This document shows, piece after piece, positions 61,692 through 64,000 of a stretch of DNA of 64,000 nt. Source of the stretch: Firmicutes bacterium CAG:534 (lineage in GTDB: Bacteria > Bacillota > Clostridia > Lachnospirales > Lachnospiraceae); the NCBI GenBank assembly GCA_000436115.1, contig FR894558.1, positions 83,974 to 147,973 of the forward strand, in the 5' to 3' direction. The notes beneath the pieces were generated by a model. That model did no database searches. It saw only the letters and a list, made by a program, of their open reading frames with translations, and had not been told where the DNA came from. The translations under genes were made by a program, and so were the position numbers. Every line of letters starts with the position of its first letter. Position 1 is the stretch's first letter.

Positions 61692-62957
61692 ATGATAAAA
61701 GTTGCAGTAATAGGTGCGGGAGCATCTGGAATGATGGCGGCGATCACGGCGGCTGATAATGGAGCGCAGGTTTTCCTGTTTGAAAAGAATGATCGCGTAG
61801 GGAAAAAAATTCTGGCTACCGGAAATGGAAAATGTAATCTGGGCAATTTAAATGGAGGCTTAGAGCATTATTACTGTGAAGACCAGGAAAAACTTGGAAA
61901 GCTCTTTCAGATTTTTTCTGTTATGGATACGGTGGCTTTCTTTGAAAATATAGGACTGATGATAAAGGAAAAGAATGGCTATCTTTATCCCTACTGTGAG
62001 CAGGCGTCTGCAGTGCTTGATATTCTGCGCCGGGAGCTTGTCAGAAAGGGAGTTCAGGTGATCACAGATGCGGAAATTGTGAATACAGAGTATCAGGGGA
62101 ATGGCTTTGTGATCGAAACAGCTGAGGGAAGAACCATGGAAGCGGATAAAATGATCATTGCATGCGGAAGTTATGCTGCATTGCCGGGAAAAGAAAAGCT
62201 TTACGGCTATCAGGCTGCTGAAAAATATGGACATAAGATCAAAAACATTGTTCCGGGACTGGTTTCGTTACGCTCGGATGCTTCCTTCTGCAAGGCCCTT
62301 GCAGGAGTGCGCAGTCAGGCAAAGATAAGTCTCAGGATCGACGGGCAGGAGGCGGCCTCAGAAACCGGTGAAGTGCAGTTTACAGATTATGGTGTTTCCG
62401 GTATTCCTGTTTTTCAGTTCAGCAGACAGGCAGCGTATGCGTGTAGCACCGGACAGAAAACGGAAGTAGTCCTGGACTTTTTCCCGGAACAGGAGCCGAA
62501 GGTTTTTTACTATAACTGCAGGCTTCGGTTTGAAGCGCTTGGAGATTTGACCATAGAGGAATTTTTTACCGGAATGTTACATAAAAAGATCAATATGGTA
62601 CTGATCAAGGAAAATGGACAAAAGCCGGGAGATCGTATTCAGAAGCTGGGCTTTGAAAGACTGTGGGAAATTTTAAGACAATGTAAGGAATTTGTGATGC
62701 ATATTACAGAAGCATCCGGCTACGACAAGGCGCAGGTATGTGCAGGAGGCGTACTTTTGGAAGAACTCAGCACACAGCTGGAATCTGCGAAGGTCAAGGG
62801 ACTTTATTTTGCCGGAGAAGTGGTTGATGTAGATGGAAAGTGCGGCGGTTATAATTTACAATGGGCATGGACCAGCGGCTACATTGCAGGCAGAAACGCG
62901 GCAGGGAACAGCACGGAAGAATTATTAAGCACTCCCATGGAGGAAAAGAATGCTTAG
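61692..62957 (+). CDS. HI0933-like (BaiN/aminoacetone-oxidase family) FAD-dependent oxidoreductase
   Basis: MIKVAVIGAGASGMMAAITAA dinucleotide fold at the N-terminus. GNGKCNL block typical of the HI0933 family. Start at ATG 61692. Confidence 0.75.
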   Translation: MIKVAVIGAGASGMMAAITAADNGAQVFLFEKNDRVGKKILATGNGKCNLGNLNGGLEHYYCEDQEKLGKLFQIFSVMDTVAFFENIGLMIKEKNGYLYPYCEQASAVLDILRRELVRKGVQVITDAEIVNTEYQGNGFVIETAEGRTMEADKMIIACGSYAALPGKEKLYGYQAAEKYGHKIKNIVPGLVSLRSDASFCKALAGVRSQAKISLRIDGQEAASETGEVQFTDYGVSGIPVFQFSRQAAYACSTGQKTEVVLDFFPEQEPKVFYYNCRLRFEALGDLTIEEFFTGMLHKKINMVLIKENGQKPGDRIQKLGFERLWEILRQCKEFVMHITEASGYDKAQVCAGGVLLEELSTQLESAKVKGLYFAGEVVDVDGKCGGYNLQWAWTSGYIAGRNAAGNSTEELLSTPMEEKNA

Positions 62958-64000
62958 GATAAGTCAGCTTCGGCTTCCTATCGAACATTCCCATGAGGAA
63001 CTGCTTTTGAAGGTTCAAAAGCAGCTCAGATGTAAGGACATACAGGAATTAAAAATAATCAGAAGATCTGTGGATGCCAGAAAAAAGCCGGCGCTCTTTT
63101 TTGAGTATACGGTGGATGTAAAGGTGAAAGGGGAGCAGGAGCTTTTAAGGAAGTGCCGTTCGGGTCAGGTAACACTGGTAAGAGAGGTTCCTTACCGCTT
63201 TCCGGTATCCGGATATCAGGGAACCGTAAGACCTGTTATTGTGGGAATGGGACCGGCAGGGCTTTTTTGCGGATACATGCTTGCAAAGGCAGGATTTCGC
63301 CCCATCCTTCTGGAACGCGGAAAGGCGGTGGAAGAAAGAACCCGTGATGTGGAAGCGTTCTGGGACGGCGGCAGCTTAAATGAAAGATCCAATGTGCAGT
63401 TTGGGGAAGGCGGAGCCGGGACATTTTCGGACGGAAAATTAAATACCCTGGTGAAGGATAAGTATGGAAGAAACAGGAAGGTTCTTGAACTGTTTGTGGA
63501 GTGTGGCGCACCAAAGGAGATTTTGTATGATTATAAGCCGCACATTGGTACAGATGTGCTTAGAACAGTAGTCAGAACCCTTAGGGAGCGGATCCTTCAG
63601 ATGGGAGGAGAGGTTCATTTCAGCTCCCTTGTCACAGAGGTGCTGCTCTCGGAGAATGGGAACCGTGTAACCGGCGTAAAGCTGGAGGACGGTACCTGCT
63701 ATAAAAGCGATCATGTAATTTTAGCGCCCGGACATAGTGCACGGGATACCTTTGAAATGCTGTATGAAATGGGGATTTCCATGGAAGCAAAGCCCTTTGC
63801 GGTTGGAATGAGGGTAGAGCATCCCCAGAGGATGATCAATCTTTCCCAGTATGGAAGAGAGCAGGTTCCCGTACTTGGCAGTGCACCTTATAAGGTTACG
63901 GCCAGGGCAGAAGACGGAAGGGGAGTATATTCCTTCTGCATGTGTCCCGGGGGATATGTTGTCAACGCCTCTTCAAAGACCGGACAGCTTGCGGTAAATG
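62950..64000 (+). CDS. NAD(P)/FAD-dependent oxidoreductase (COG2509-like), 3' end beyond window
   Basis: Not in the ORF track because no stop is reached. ATG 62950 overlaps the upstream stop (ATGCTTAG). Frame stays open for 350 codons to the window end. VIVGMGPAGLFCGYMLAKAG FAD-binding fold and GPGHSARDTFE block. Confidence 0.6.
   Translation, partial: MLRISQLRLPIEHSHEELLLKVQKQLRCKDIQELKIIRRSVDARKKPALFFEYTVDVKVKGEQELLRKCRSGQVTLVREVPYRFPVSGYQGTVRPVIVGMGPAGLFCGYMLAKAGFRPILLERGKAVEERTRDVEAFWDGGSLNERSNVQFGEGGAGTFSDGKLNTLVKDKYGRNRKVLELFVECGAPKEILYDYKPHIGTDVLRTVVRTLRERILQMGGEVHFSSLVTEVLLSENGNRVTGVKLEDGTCYKSDHVILAPGHSARDTFEMLYEMGISMEAKPFAVGMRVEHPQRMINLSQYGREQVPVLGSAPYKVTARAEDGRGVYSFCMCPGGYVVNASSKTGQLAVN

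Noticed and set aside
1-64000. Searched for tRNA cloverleaf-like segments, rRNA, CRISPR repeats, IS/transposase, integrase or phage genes
   Set aside because: None seen. All long intergenic segments are explained by promoters, terminators and the T-box leader. The accessory island has no flanking repeats or mobility genes that I could detect by eye.

Overview
64-kb chromosomal segment of a spore-forming Firmicute (Clostridia; Lachnospiraceae-like by gene content and synteny, about 48-50% GC by eye). It is gene-dense and mostly plus-strand housekeeping. In order: a SpoIID-like gene cut by the window edge, yihY, a Phe-specific T-box leader with pheST, an M18-type aminopeptidase, queA, a PilZ-domain gene, a VanZ-like gene, aroF-tyrA on the minus strand, an EF-G paralog with degenerate GTPase motifs, and leuS. 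An accessory block follows (16.6-27.9 kb): a translationally coupled pair of unknown genes, a tiny Cys/Gly-rich ORF, a class-B sortase with a long cytoplasmic N-terminal extension, two very large paralogous BspA-type LRR surface proteins with non-canonical TP[K/D]TGD sorting signals, and an S8 protease without a signal peptide. After that: a putative Re-citrate synthase-GntR-isocitrate dehydrogenase operon with a GntR-type palindrome over its -10, an ABC-F ATPase (minus), rex, nnr, alr, an apparently orphan mazF/endoA toxin, corC, yebC, tepA-like, ftsK, fhs-folD, nfnAB, rlmH, pdp, the yqfC-yqfD-phoH-(7TM-HD)-ybeY cluster (its HD protein has a degenerate HD motif), a MOP flippase and two FAD-dependent oxidoreductases (the last runs off the window). 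I saw no rRNA, tRNA, CRISPR array or transposase/integrase. All family assignments are from reading motifs in the translated ORFs; no database search was run.
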